Source: a virus
IMG/VR virus record: IMGVR_UViG_3300025131_009739
Location: 1 to 64,000 of that record
Length of the DNA: 64,000 nt
Reading direction: 5' to 3' (one strand)
Within the stretch, counting starts at the first letter, position 1; each line of letters begins with the position of its first letter. Shown here one piece after another: positions 37,943 through 46,723 of this stretch. The notes under the pieces were generated by a model. That model worked only from the letters and a program-made list of their open reading frames with translations, was not told the origin of the DNA and did not search any database. The translations under genes and the position numbers were made by a program.

Positions 37943-39760
37943 TTAGACTAGGTCAGTCACAACAACAAGACCGTACATATCTGCACGAACCATCTTCTTG
38001 GCGTAACGCGTCATGACACCCTTGCGGGGCACGAAGTCTTCTACACCGAAGATTGTAGGAGTGACTTGAAGTGGTACATATGGAGCATACACATACCCAC
38101 TTTCAAGGAATGATCCGCCCTTGCGTCCAACAAGAACAAGATTCCTAGTAAAGTAAGGATCAACGTATACGTCCCACTTCTTGCTAAGGCTACCAGTCTT
38201 GACAGTGCCAACCGTACCTCTGTCAGCATCACCTGTTACATCGGCGCGGAAGCCAGCTGTGAATTCAAGAATATTAGCAACCTCGGGACTCACTACGATA
38301 AAGTTAGCCCCACCGCGAAGCGTCTTACGATGGATCTGAGCAGACACATCGTTAATGGTCTCGACAAGAGTCTCATACCATTCAGACACAGTACCGGTGA
38401 AATCAGGTGCTGCAGTAGCAGCGCCTACTTCTTTACCGGTCAAGCGGGCAACAAACTTACCAGCATGGCGTGACCAATAGTACGTACCAGCAGTAGCACC
38501 CTTCACAAGATCCTCAAGAATCTCGCGATCAATTTCAAGAGCAATCTGCTCTGAAAGGATACCAGTAAGCTCAACCTCTGCATCGAGGTTGTGATACGCA
38601 TTAAGGTCCTGACCGAGTTCCGGAGACCATTTGGCCTTCAGTTTCTTGGTCATCGCCGTCACAGACACGCTATCGACTTTGATATCGATCTCGGGAATGT
38701 CGGCATCAGCCTCAAGTCCCCACTGATCTTGACCAACGATAGAACCAATGGTGTTTCCAGCGGAAGCAGCAACAGTTCCCTCGAAGTTGTCAACAATCGG
38801 GAAAGAGAAGTTGTGTGTATAGCCAACTGAGCTTGACACGTTAGCGATAGAACCGGCGGAGGCCACTGGAATCGCTCCAGCTGCCTCAGTTACGGTAGAA
38901 CCACTATTGGCAAAGATAATAAGCACCTTAGTCTGCTCTCCTGCTGTTTGAGTAGGATCAAGACGGGTCAAACGACGTACCATATAGCCAGATTTAGTAG
39001 CTCCAGGCTCATAATCAGAAGCACTAAGCGCAACAAGATTGTGCTTATTGATTCTGGTGCTATTGGTAGCATCTACCAAGGACGAGAGCGGAACTGTTGC
39101 CGCTACATATGAAGAGCCAGAAAGATCTGGATCAAACTGTACCAGCTTATCAGCAAGAGCAGTATAAGTGGCACTAATGTCTTCCTGGGTGGAAGCTAGA
39201 CCCGAATTTGACGTTGCCTCGCCAATTCCAGCGGTACCAGAAGCAACAACCGTCACTACTACACTAGACGCACTACCAGTTGGGGAAGAATAACCATTAT
39301 TCAAGGAATAAAAGCCATCTTCAGCGTTCTCATCATCAAGGTTCATACCCCCAGTGATTTGCTGACCAACTTTACCGCCGCCAAAAAGTGACTCGTTAGC
39401 TACGAGATCTAGACGATTTTTATTAAACTGAAAGTCTAGAAAGAAAATGAGTCCAGACGGGAGACTCATTGGCTGCACAGATACAAGATCATTAGCAATG
39501 AGCCCACCAAAAACTCGGCGGACAATCGGGAACGCGACGGCTGCAAAGCCTTCCACGTCACCACCAGCGCCCATAGTAGAAGCCTCGCGAAGAAGCTCCT
39601 TGGCCTGGTTTTCAAGAAGACGAGCCATGCCATTACGCGTGGAGTCCTCAGTAAGACCTTCTAGAAGTCCGGTTCTTTCCCACTTCTCAAGTAGGGTAGC
39701 ACCTTCTCTCTGGAGGTCTCTATTAACAATACCCTCAGTAAGGGTTTCTAAAACAGACAT
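37943..39760 (-). CDS. Major capsid protein (gp23-like)
   Basis: LLENQ, VSVQPMSLPSGLIF, KLKAKWSPELGQDL.AYH.LDAE.EL, YAPYVPL, GVMTRYA. Confidence 0.97.
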   Translation of the reverse strand: MSVLETLTEGIVNRDLQREGATLLEKWERTGLLEGLTEDSTRNGMARLLENQAKELLREASTMGAGGDVEGFAAVAFPIVRRVFGGLIANDLVSVQPMSLPSGLIFFLDFQFNKNRLDLVANESLFGGGKVGQQITGGMNLDDENAEDGFYSLNNGYSSPTGSASSVVVTVVASGTAGIGEATSNSGLASTQEDISATYTALADKLVQFDPDLSGSSYVAATVPLSSLVDATNSTRINKHNLVALSASDYEPGATKSGYMVRRLTRLDPTQTAGEQTKVLIIFANSGSTVTEAAGAIPVASAGSIANVSSSVGYTHNFSFPIVDNFEGTVAASAGNTIGSIVGQDQWGLEADADIPEIDIKVDSVSVTAMTKKLKAKWSPELGQDLNAYHNLDAEVELTGILSEQIALEIDREILEDLVKGATAGTYYWSRHAGKFVARLTGKEVGAATAAPDFTGTVSEWYETLVETINDVSAQIHRKTLRGGANFIVVSPEVANILEFTAGFRADVTGDADRGTVGTVKTGSLSKKWDVYVDPYFTRNLVLVGRKGGSFLESGYVYAPYVPLQVTPTIFGVEDFVPRKGVMTRYAKKMVRADMYGLVVVTDLV

Positions 39761-39785
39761 AATTTTTCCTCCTTTTAAACTGTTT

Positions 39786-40787
39786 TTAAGAGATACCAGC
39801 TAAAGTTTTCCAACGATCTTTAACTGGATCTAGTTTCTTTGTCTCACTGTTACGGCGAGGCAAAGTTGTTGAAGAGCGTTGAATTACTTCGCTTAGTGAT
39901 TTTGGAGTTCGCTTGCGCGAAGCTCCCACAGCGCTTTGAAGCGTTTCATAAATAACTTTTGCTTCTTCAACCGAATCAGCCTTAGACAGAGCTTCGACAA
40001 TTTTATTTCTTTGTCGCTCATTCAGGGAGGTGCCACCCAAAACACGATTCGTGTACAAAAGCTTAGCATTTGAAAGATTTACTTCTTCAAGTTTTTCTTT
40101 CAACTGCATAAGCAAGTTCTTATATTTTTTGTTTTTCTCTAAAAGTTTGTCATTTTTTGAAGTTAAAGATTCAGCTTTTTTGAGATACTCTTTTTCTCGC
40201 GCAAGTGGAAGTGGATTTTCTTCTTCTTCCAGCTCTTCCTCTTCAGCTTCTTGCGCAAGAGCGATGTCCGCATTTTCTTTATCACGTATACTATTCGAAC
40301 CACCTCCAGGAACGCCAGATGGAACTTGTTTGATATCAACTGTCAAGGCTTCAAGAATATCGGCTAAATCTTCTTCGCTCAACTCAATTTCTCCACCTGT
40401 TTCCTCTTCCTCCTCTTCTTCTAATTCTTCAGCCAAATCTTCTCTATCAATTAGTTCATCAGGATTCATGTCCTCGTCTTGAAGATCTTCTGCTAATTTT
40501 GTTAGATCAATGTCCACTACTTCACCAGCCGAAGGACAAGGACATAGATCAGTTCCTTCTGTGGCTGCAGATGGTACATCAGGGGTTTCTTCTTCAGATT
40601 CCTCATCTTCCATGCCTCCCATTTCTTCTTCCGCAAAAGGATCCTCCACTGGCTGTTCCAACAAAGAGCTAACAGCCTCTTTGATCTCGTGAGAATACTT
40701 CTCAACAATCGCTGATTCAGCATTTTTTAACGCTGCTTCTTTCAAAGCTTCGGCATCAATAATAGCCTGTTCTAACATTTCTGACAT
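39786..40787 (-). CDS. Prohead scaffold/core protein (gp22-like)
   Basis: Acidic coiled-coil; EVNLSNAKLLYTN; ends RWKTLAGIS; immediately upstream of the MCP. Confidence 0.8.
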   Translation of the reverse strand: MSEMLEQAIIDAEALKEAALKNAESAIVEKYSHEIKEAVSSLLEQPVEDPFAEEEMGGMEDEESEEETPDVPSAATEGTDLCPCPSAGEVVDIDLTKLAEDLQDEDMNPDELIDREDLAEELEEEEEEETGGEIELSEEDLADILEALTVDIKQVPSGVPGGGSNSIRDKENADIALAQEAEEEELEEEENPLPLAREKEYLKKAESLTSKNDKLLEKNKKYKNLLMQLKEKLEEVNLSNAKLLYTNRVLGGTSLNERQRNKIVEALSKADSVEEAKVIYETLQSAVGASRKRTPKSLSEVIQRSSTTLPRRNSETKKLDPVKDRWKTLAGIS

Positions 40788-40817
40788 TTAATTAACTCCT
40801 AGAAAAATATGCATAAA

Positions 40818-40825
40818 TAAATAGT
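40818..40825 (-). promoter_or_regulatory. Putative late promoter motif ACTATTTA
   Basis: Intergenic, upstream of scaffold-MCP. Confidence 0.65.
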
Positions 40826-40906
40826 ATGTTTGAACAGTAAATGACATTTTATATTTTATTCCAATTTCTTAATTCTTTCTTATATATATTCAATATGCTG
40901 AAGATT

Positions 40907-42895
40907 TTAATCCATTCCATAATATTCAATGATGACAGTTAATGTGCCAGCGGATGAATTAGTTGTGCCGTTTCCTGTACCAGCATTACAAATGTATACA
41001 TACTGATCTGAAGAGCCGTTTCTTACAGTGTCCCTGCATATCCAAACTTCTTTTGGATCATTTTTCAAATCAATATCTTCTGCGCTGGCGCTGTCTGTAC
41101 TATCAGTATTTGTTACTCCGGCGCCTAGTAATTCAGTTCCGGAAGAAATAGAAGAATCCGCGTTGGTTCCAGAAGTTGCAGACATTTGAACATTTACTGC
41201 GTGTGTCGACAGATTGCTTGCAGTTTTTACCACGGCAACAACGCTTGTTATAATAGCGTTCGCTGGAATTTTAACTGCCGGTAGTTCAACAATAACTGTA
41301 TTGTCGCCGCTATCAGCATATCTAATGTCCTGATCGATAGTAATAATATGTTTACCAGAACCAATACTAAATAGACCGCCGGCAGGGGTCATAGCGATGT
41401 CGCCGTCAGGGGAAATTGTTAAGTGGCCGGCGGTTCCGCCGCTATCTTCAGTAAGTATTGTCGTTGCGCCGTTGGCTGTAGTGGCAATTGCAAAGTAGTT
41501 GTCTGTGTTGTCGGCACTCTCAATTACTAGGTCGTACGACGACGCCGCGTCGGGTGTGTTGAGTATCATGCCGATGTTTGTATCAGCGCCCGTAGCGACG
41601 GCGCTGACTCCTATGCAAAAAGACGTGCCATTGGTGTGACCGGTGGCGGTGAATCGTCCGCCCGTACAGATTCCAAACCCGGCGTCTTCGGCATAAGAAA
41701 ATGTAGCAGCTGCGTTGATACCGGACAAGAAGTTAACTCCGTCTGTGGCTGTTGTGTTGTCCACCGAGCAATAGATGCCAGTAGTAAAATTGGGGCCCTC
41801 GCCCATGCCCGGATAGTTCCCGGCCGTAGATGCACCTGTTTTATCAACATCAACATGAAGACCAATTACGTTGGCGAGGTCTGTGTCAGAATAGTTTTTA
41901 TCTATACTCATGCCAGTGGTGCCGCCATCAGACTGAACATGCAAAGCAATCGCGCCTGTTGCAGAGGCATTTTCTTGTACAATTTCAACAGTGTTCCTGG
42001 TGCTAGTATTTGAAGAATCATCCTCAACGTACAAAGCATTTCCAGTTGTTAGGCCGGCAGATGTTATGCTAACCTCACCTCCGGAGGTAATTACCAATGC
42101 AGGCGCTGTGCCTAGAGTGCCGTTGCCATTTTCAATGATAAGTTTATCACCGTCGCTGTCATCGCAGCCAATAGCCCATAAGGTGCCGCCGCCAAGTTGA
42201 AATTCAATTTTTGGATCCCCGTTGGCGGCAGTGTTGTTAATTTTGAGAGCAGTGTTGGCGCCGTCGCCCTTTAATTCAAGACCAACGTTGTGATCATGTG
42301 TCATAGTAATATCTGAGTCGGCGCCAAAATATAATGCAGCCGCGTCGTGACCCAAGCCAACATCTCCTGAAATGCTTCCAAATGAATTGGCGCCGGCGCC
42401 CAAGGACCAATCAATAACTCCGTCATCGCTGTCGCCACGAATTTCAAAGCCAGTTGTAACAGTGCCATCGTATTCAGCAACGCTCATACGGAGCTTGCCT
42501 CTTTCTGTCCCGTTAGAAGCGTCACCAATAAAAGTAGTGATTCTAGCAAACTCTTCTTGCTCTCCAGCATCATTATCGCCATACCAACTTATTGTTCCAA
42601 TATTATCATCGTCTGCGGCTGTTCCAGCTGATCTATCTTTCTTGAGCGTCAGCCAGGCACCGTTAATATCATTGGTGGTGTTCGTTATAGTAACATTTGG
42701 CTTGTTAGCGGTGGCCGATTCGAAAGTGGGCGCCTCGCCTTTTGAAGTAATAGAACCACTAACACCTAAAGTATTACTAAAATGTGCGGCTCCTGCAACT
42801 TCAAGACCTCCTGAGCCAGAAATTACTCCAGCGGTATCGACTGGCTGATCAACTGGGCTGGAATCAAATCCTCCACCTTTTCCAAAACTAGGCAT
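40907..42895 (-). CDS. Fibre/decoration-like virion protein
   Basis: 662 aa, Gly/Asp/Thr/Ala-rich beta modules shared with 51493..54177. Confidence 0.7.
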   Translation of the reverse strand: MPSFGKGGGFDSSPVDQPVDTAGVISGSGGLEVAGAAHFSNTLGVSGSITSKGEAPTFESATANKPNVTITNTTNDINGAWLTLKKDRSAGTAADDDNIGTISWYGDNDAGEQEEFARITTFIGDASNGTERGKLRMSVAEYDGTVTTGFEIRGDSDDGVIDWSLGAGANSFGSISGDVGLGHDAAALYFGADSDITMTHDHNVGLELKGDGANTALKINNTAANGDPKIEFQLGGGTLWAIGCDDSDGDKLIIENGNGTLGTAPALVITSGGEVSITSAGLTTGNALYVEDDSSNTSTRNTVEIVQENASATGAIALHVQSDGGTTGMSIDKNYSDTDLANVIGLHVDVDKTGASTAGNYPGMGEGPNFTTGIYCSVDNTTATDGVNFLSGINAAATFSYAEDAGFGICTGGRFTATGHTNGTSFCIGVSAVATGADTNIGMILNTPDAASSYDLVIESADNTDNYFAIATTANGATTILTEDSGGTAGHLTISPDGDIAMTPAGGLFSIGSGKHIITIDQDIRYADSGDNTVIVELPAVKIPANAIITSVVAVVKTASNLSTHAVNVQMSATSGTNADSSISSGTELLGAGVTNTDSTDSASAEDIDLKNDPKEVWICRDTVRNGSSDQYVYICNAGTGNGTTNSSAGTLTVIIEYYGMD

Positions 42896-42915
42896 ATTAG
42901 TACGTTCTCCTCAAT

Positions 42916-43377
42916 CTAAGTTGTCCCATTATCAAGATCAGTTGTAAGGCCAGATCCTGTAAGATCATACATCTCACGTCCTTCAATACCAGTTAACGCT
43001 GCAAATAATTGAAAACCAGACCCAGCATTTAATGCTGTAATATATACTTCTTTACATTTAACAGGAAAGTTCATAGACTCTTCATCGCCATCCAGCTGAA
43101 TATAATGGTGCGCGCTGATCACATTTGCTGAGCCCGGGCCATGGACAAGGCCACCATTTCCAGTTGTTGCAGCGGAACTAGTAGAATTAAAATGTACTCT
43201 TATTTTTGGGGTTGCGCCTGATCCGGATGCAATAACTGTAAAACTATTTGTCACTCTTGGAAATTCAACTTTTACTTCTTGCGCGCCGCCGATATCAGCT
43301 GACCCAGTTATCCATGGTTGGCCAGAAACCATATAAGCAGCTGAATTTCCTAATCCTGATTTATAATTATGTGGCAT
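42916..43377 (-). CDS. Small virion protein (possible capsid decoration)
   Basis: Gly/Ser-rich beta-type 153 aa protein; late motif and AGGAG RBS upstream. Confidence 0.6.
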   Translation of the reverse strand: MPHNYKSGLGNSAAYMVSGQPWITGSADIGGAQEVKVEFPRVTNSFTVIASGSGATPKIRVHFNSTSSAATTGNGGLVHGPGSANVISAHHYIQLDGDEESMNFPVKCKEVYITALNAGSGFQLFAALTGIEGREMYDLTGSGLTTDLDNGTT

Positions 43378-43405
43378 ATTTTTCTCCTACTCACAGCTCT
43401 TTTTA

Positions 43406-43618
43406 TTAATTAGTTTCTTGTTTAGCTTTCAACTTGTCTAAGACAGCTTTTCTTCTCTTTTTAAGCCTTCTCTTAACTTCAGATGGTTTTTCATAATACC
43501 TTCTTTCTCTAGCCTCTTCAATGATTGTTTCTTTCTTTACTTTCTTTGTGAATCTTTTTATTGCTCTCTCAATATTTTCGCCTTTTCGAATAACTGTCTC
43601 TACATTGATTGATTTCAT
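43406..43618 (-). CDS. rpsU: Ribosomal protein bS21
   Basis: V.IRKGENIERAIKRFTKKVKKETIIEEARERRYYEKPSEVKR; 70 aa, basic. Confidence 0.9.
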   Translation of the reverse strand: MKSINVETVIRKGENIERAIKRFTKKVKKETIIEEARERRYYEKPSEVKRRLKKRRKAVLDKLKAKQETN

Positions 43619-43623
43619 ATTTC

Positions 43624-44058
43624 TTATCCTTCTGCCAATGTTTTCCACATATTAGCATTTTTCATAAAGCCTGATATATCGACTCCAGGATCACTTGGGT
43701 CAACACCGGAGAGGGCGGACTGTGGCGAAGTTGTATCTCCTGGAGTTCCAGCGTTTGCTATTGGGGCTGTGCCTTCAAACAAATCAACTCCGTTATAAGA
43801 GCTTTTACCAATAGCATCTAGCATCTTTTTTCTTGTTTCGTTTATCTTTTTAGATTTCTTTTGTTTTTCTTGCAGTTGCATTTTATTAATTTTATCTTCG
43901 TTATCTTGTTTTTGCTCAACAACTAATTGCTGTGTTCCTCCGAGGCCTTTTACAACTTCAGCGATGACACTAGATAAAATACCTTCCTCAAAAAGAGTTT
44001 CCTTTACGCATTCTTTAATAAGTGGTTTTAACACTTTTTTAAGATCTGTCTTTTTCAT
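43624..44058 (-). CDS. Hypothetical head-module protein
   Basis: N-terminal LKPLIKECVKE, C-terminal WKTLA. Confidence 0.75.
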   Translation of the reverse strand: MKKTDLKKVLKPLIKECVKETLFEEGILSSVIAEVVKGLGGTQQLVVEQKQDNEDKINKMQLQEKQKKSKKINETRKKMLDAIGKSSYNGVDLFEGTAPIANAGTPGDTTSPQSALSGVDPSDPGVDISGFMKNANMWKTLAEG

Positions 44059-44061
44059 TAC

Positions 44062-44391
44062 TTAACCTTTTAAAATCCCAGCCATTTTTTTCCAACGTGA
44101 GAAAGTGTCAGACTCTTGAAGTGGAAGCGCTAATTGTTTTGGCTCCCTTGCAGGTTTAGTTGCAGGTGGCTTTTCGGACTTGCCTAATCCTTTGACACCT
44201 CCAGTTACACTTCCAAGTTTGGAAACCCAATGTTTAATTGTGTCCCACGTGCCTTCAGTAACAACGCCTTCATTGAGCTGGTTTTCAAATTTTTTCAAAT
44301 CATGAATCATTCTCTCTAAAAGAAGGTATGTTTCAATTTCTTCTTTAATAACCCGTTTAATTGACTTTTTTGCAACTTTGTCATTCGACAT
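44062..44391 (-). CDS. Hypothetical head-module protein
   Basis: N-terminal IKRVIKEEI, C-terminal RWKKMAGI. Confidence 0.72.
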   Translation of the reverse strand: MSNDKVAKKSIKRVIKEEIETYLLLERMIHDLKKFENQLNEGVVTEGTWDTIKHWVSKLGSVTGGVKGLGKSEKPPATKPAREPKQLALPLQESDTFSRWKKMAGILKG

Positions 44392-44392
44392 T

Positions 44393-45004
44393 CTATTTGT
44401 TCCTTAATATATTATTTAATGCACGGTTTATTCGGTCTGCTTTTGTGAATATATCTTTTGTAACATTTTCATGAAGTTGTCTTGGTGTCATATAAGCACC
44501 AGTTGTTGAAGGTTCTGAAACCATATCAAAACAAATCAGTTGAAAATCATCTTCGACCATTGTATTTCCTTCAGATTCGTGAACTGAGCCCATTCCTCTC
44601 GAAGAAATGCCAAGTTTTACTCCAGCATTTACAAGTTCTTTTAATACTTGACCAGAAGGAGTATTAAGAACTTGAATTTTCCCCATTACAGCGCCCTTGT
44701 CCCACCAAATATCAGTTACAAGGTGAGAAGCATTCTTTAAATTAATAACTGAATCATCGGGATGGTCAAGTTCGCCTAATGCTCTTCGTTCTTTTACAAG
44801 TTTTTTATAATTATTCGTTTCTCTCTCAAGAATGGGGCCGGGATAGACGCGCCCATTACCATTTCTGGTATCTGCCCTCTGCATAACACCACTAAGGAAC
44901 ACATGACCTTCTTTAACCATTTTCTTTTCGGCTTCAGTTAGGAAATCTTGACAAACGCCGCCTTCACAAAGTTCATAGTATTCTCTTAATAGCAATTTTG
45001 ACAT
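44393..45004 (-). CDS. Prohead maturation protease (gp21-like)
   Basis: NGNGRVYP, ALGELDHP, NASH, LGISSRGMGS, FDMVSEPST; start moved to 45004 (MSKLLLREY). Confidence 0.95.
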   Translation of the reverse strand: MSKLLLREYYELCEGGVCQDFLTEAEKKMVKEGHVFLSGVMQRADTRNGNGRVYPGPILERETNNYKKLVKERRALGELDHPDDSVINLKNASHLVTDIWWDKGAVMGKIQVLNTPSGQVLKELVNAGVKLGISSRGMGSVHESEGNTMVEDDFQLICFDMVSEPSTTGAYMTPRQLHENVTKDIFTKADRINRALNNILRNK

Positions 45005-45006
45005 AG

Positions 45007-45078
45007 TCACGATCCTTTGCAGCACCTTCTCACTGGCTGCAGCATCCATTTATTATCTGTCCAAATGTTTAAATTCAT
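45007..45078 (-). CDS. 23-aa small ORF MNLNIWTDNKWMLQPVRRCCKGS
   Basis: Not in the ORF track; GGAG RBS 6 nt upstream; stop lies 2 nt before the protease ATG. Confidence 0.5.
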   Translation of the reverse strand: MNLNIWTDNKWMLQPVRRCCKGS

Positions 45079-45349
45079 GTTTAACTCCGTTGTCTCCAAA
45101 TAGTGTACATAAGATATAAGATGTTCCAGAACTCAAACATCCTAATAGAAAATAATTAACAATATTATTATCAAATATAAATAGTTCTGTATACCTGTTT
45201 ATGCCTACTAAAAATACACCAACCCAGAATCCCACACACATGGGACAATGGAAGAAATGATGTTCTGGTCTTATTTTATCGAATACTGAACCATACACCA
45301 AAATTTGCGTTAAACCGTAAGCACAAAGAATAAAATATATTAGCCCCAT
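45053..45349 (-). CDS. Small membrane protein with CPMC motif (DUF1360-like)
   Basis: Three hydrophobic segments; FHCPMCVGFWVG. Confidence 0.7.
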   Translation of the reverse strand: MGLIYFILCAYGLTQILVYGSVFDKIRPEHHFFHCPMCVGFWVGVFLVGINRYTELFIFDNNIVNYFLLGCLSSGTSYILCTLFGDNGVKHEFKHLDR

Positions 45350-45350
45350 T

Positions 45351-45899
45351 TTAATACCTGTAAAATGATGTCATACCATAAGGACCGCGAATATATCCCG
45401 GGATAAGAGATCCTTTTCTTTCTTCATGCGGGACTTCTCCAAGTTCTGTTGAATCTTCTGAGCTTGGATCTGTCAATTGTTCTATTTCGTCCTCTTCATC
45501 ATATCCATATATGGCATAAAATTCTTTTTCTTCTTTTAAGTATTCCCATATATTATACAATGCGGAGTCTATAGCGCTTATCTCTTCATTTATCGATACA
45601 GCAAGTTTAGCTTCTAACGACCCATAAATATTACCACCTTGAATATTTGCAAGTTCTACGACACCTCTCTTTCTTAAGAAAGAAAACAATCTTTCTTGGG
45701 CTTCATATACTTGATCTGAAAAATTCTTTTTAGCCAATGCTAAAACCTTTTGAGTTGCTGGTATTATAACAATATCTATTTCTTTATGATCAAAAATCAT
45801 TACGTTGCCATCAAGACTTTTTCTAGCATTTAAACTAATAGTTTCCTGAACGGGCTCCATGTTGGCGGCCAATTTATTTATTGTAATATTAATAGCCAT
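45351..45899 (-). CDS. Hypothetical head-module protein
   Basis: 182-aa ORF tightly packed between portal-downstream genes. Confidence 0.72.
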   Translation of the reverse strand: MAINITINKLAANMEPVQETISLNARKSLDGNVMIFDHKEIDIVIIPATQKVLALAKKNFSDQVYEAQERLFSFLRKRGVVELANIQGGNIYGSLEAKLAVSINEEISAIDSALYNIWEYLKEEKEFYAIYGYDEEDEIEQLTDPSSEDSTELGEVPHEERKGSLIPGYIRGPYGMTSFYRY

Positions 45900-45901
45900 T
45901 A

Positions 45902-46723
45902 TTAACTTTTAATCTCTTTTACTAAATCTTGAATTTTCAAAACTTTATTTATTAAAGCTTTATCAATTTTTTCTTTTTTAAAGTTTTCTAGAATACTCAT
46001 AACTTCTTTTGTTTTTGTCAACATGTCTAAATCATCTTGAACTTCTTTCATGTCCAAAGCACTTGAAATGTTTTCTTTGAGTCTGGTTATTTCTTCATTT
46101 AAATAAACTTTTAATTCTATACCATTATCTAAAAAAGAAGTGATGTATTTATTTAAAAGTGTTTTCTGTTCTTCTAGCAATTTTTCTGAATATTTGCCAT
46201 TAAATCTCTTAACAAAAGACTTATAGACCAAATTACCCATAGTTTTCATATTTGTATCTTCTTTCTTGTTTCCATAAGTTAGTCTTCCAAATATATTTTG
46301 CTCAAGCAAAATTTTCTTCTTAATTGAATTAATATTGAAAACTTGATAAATCGTTGCTAAATCTTTATAGTTTGGTACGAAGTTTGAAAAGATTGATTTT
46401 GATACTATTTTATTAATTTTGTTAATTAATTTAGTTTGTTCAGCAAACAATCTTTTTTTATCAATGGTAGAATGCTCTTTCTTAACTTCAAAAATTAATT
46501 TTTCTGCCATGTTTGGAGACAGACCATATGTCTCATTTAAAGTACTATAAAGTTTTAATTCACGATAAAGAAGAGTGTCTTCGTTAAAATGTTCTTTGAT
46601 AACTAAGATGATCTGATCTTTGTTTTTGTCATCTTTATTAATAATCGACTTTGTTAGTTCTCTTATCAAAGATTCATAAAGAAAAGCAGTATTACGCTTC
46701 TTGTTGTGTTTTAGTTTCATCAT
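45902..46723 (-). CDS. Hypothetical helical head-module (prohead core-like) protein
   Basis: KHNKKRNTAFLYESL N-terminus; directly downstream of the portal gene. Confidence 0.72.
   Translation of the reverse strand: MMKLKHNKKRNTAFLYESLIRELTKSIINKDDKNKDQIILVIKEHFNEDTLLYRELKLYSTLNETYGLSPNMAEKLIFEVKKEHSTIDKKRLFAEQTKLINKINKIVSKSIFSNFVPNYKDLATIYQVFNINSIKKKILLEQNIFGRLTYGNKKEDTNMKTMGNLVYKSFVKRFNGKYSEKLLEEQKTLLNKYITSFLDNGIELKVYLNEEITRLKENISSALDMKEVQDDLDMLTKTKEVMSILENFKKEKIDKALINKVLKIQDLVKEIKS

Noticed and set aside
45005-45049. N-terminal extension MDAAASEKVLQRIVT of the prohead protease
   Set aside because: Overlaps the RBS-bearing 23-aa ORF; ATG 45004 is the more plausible start
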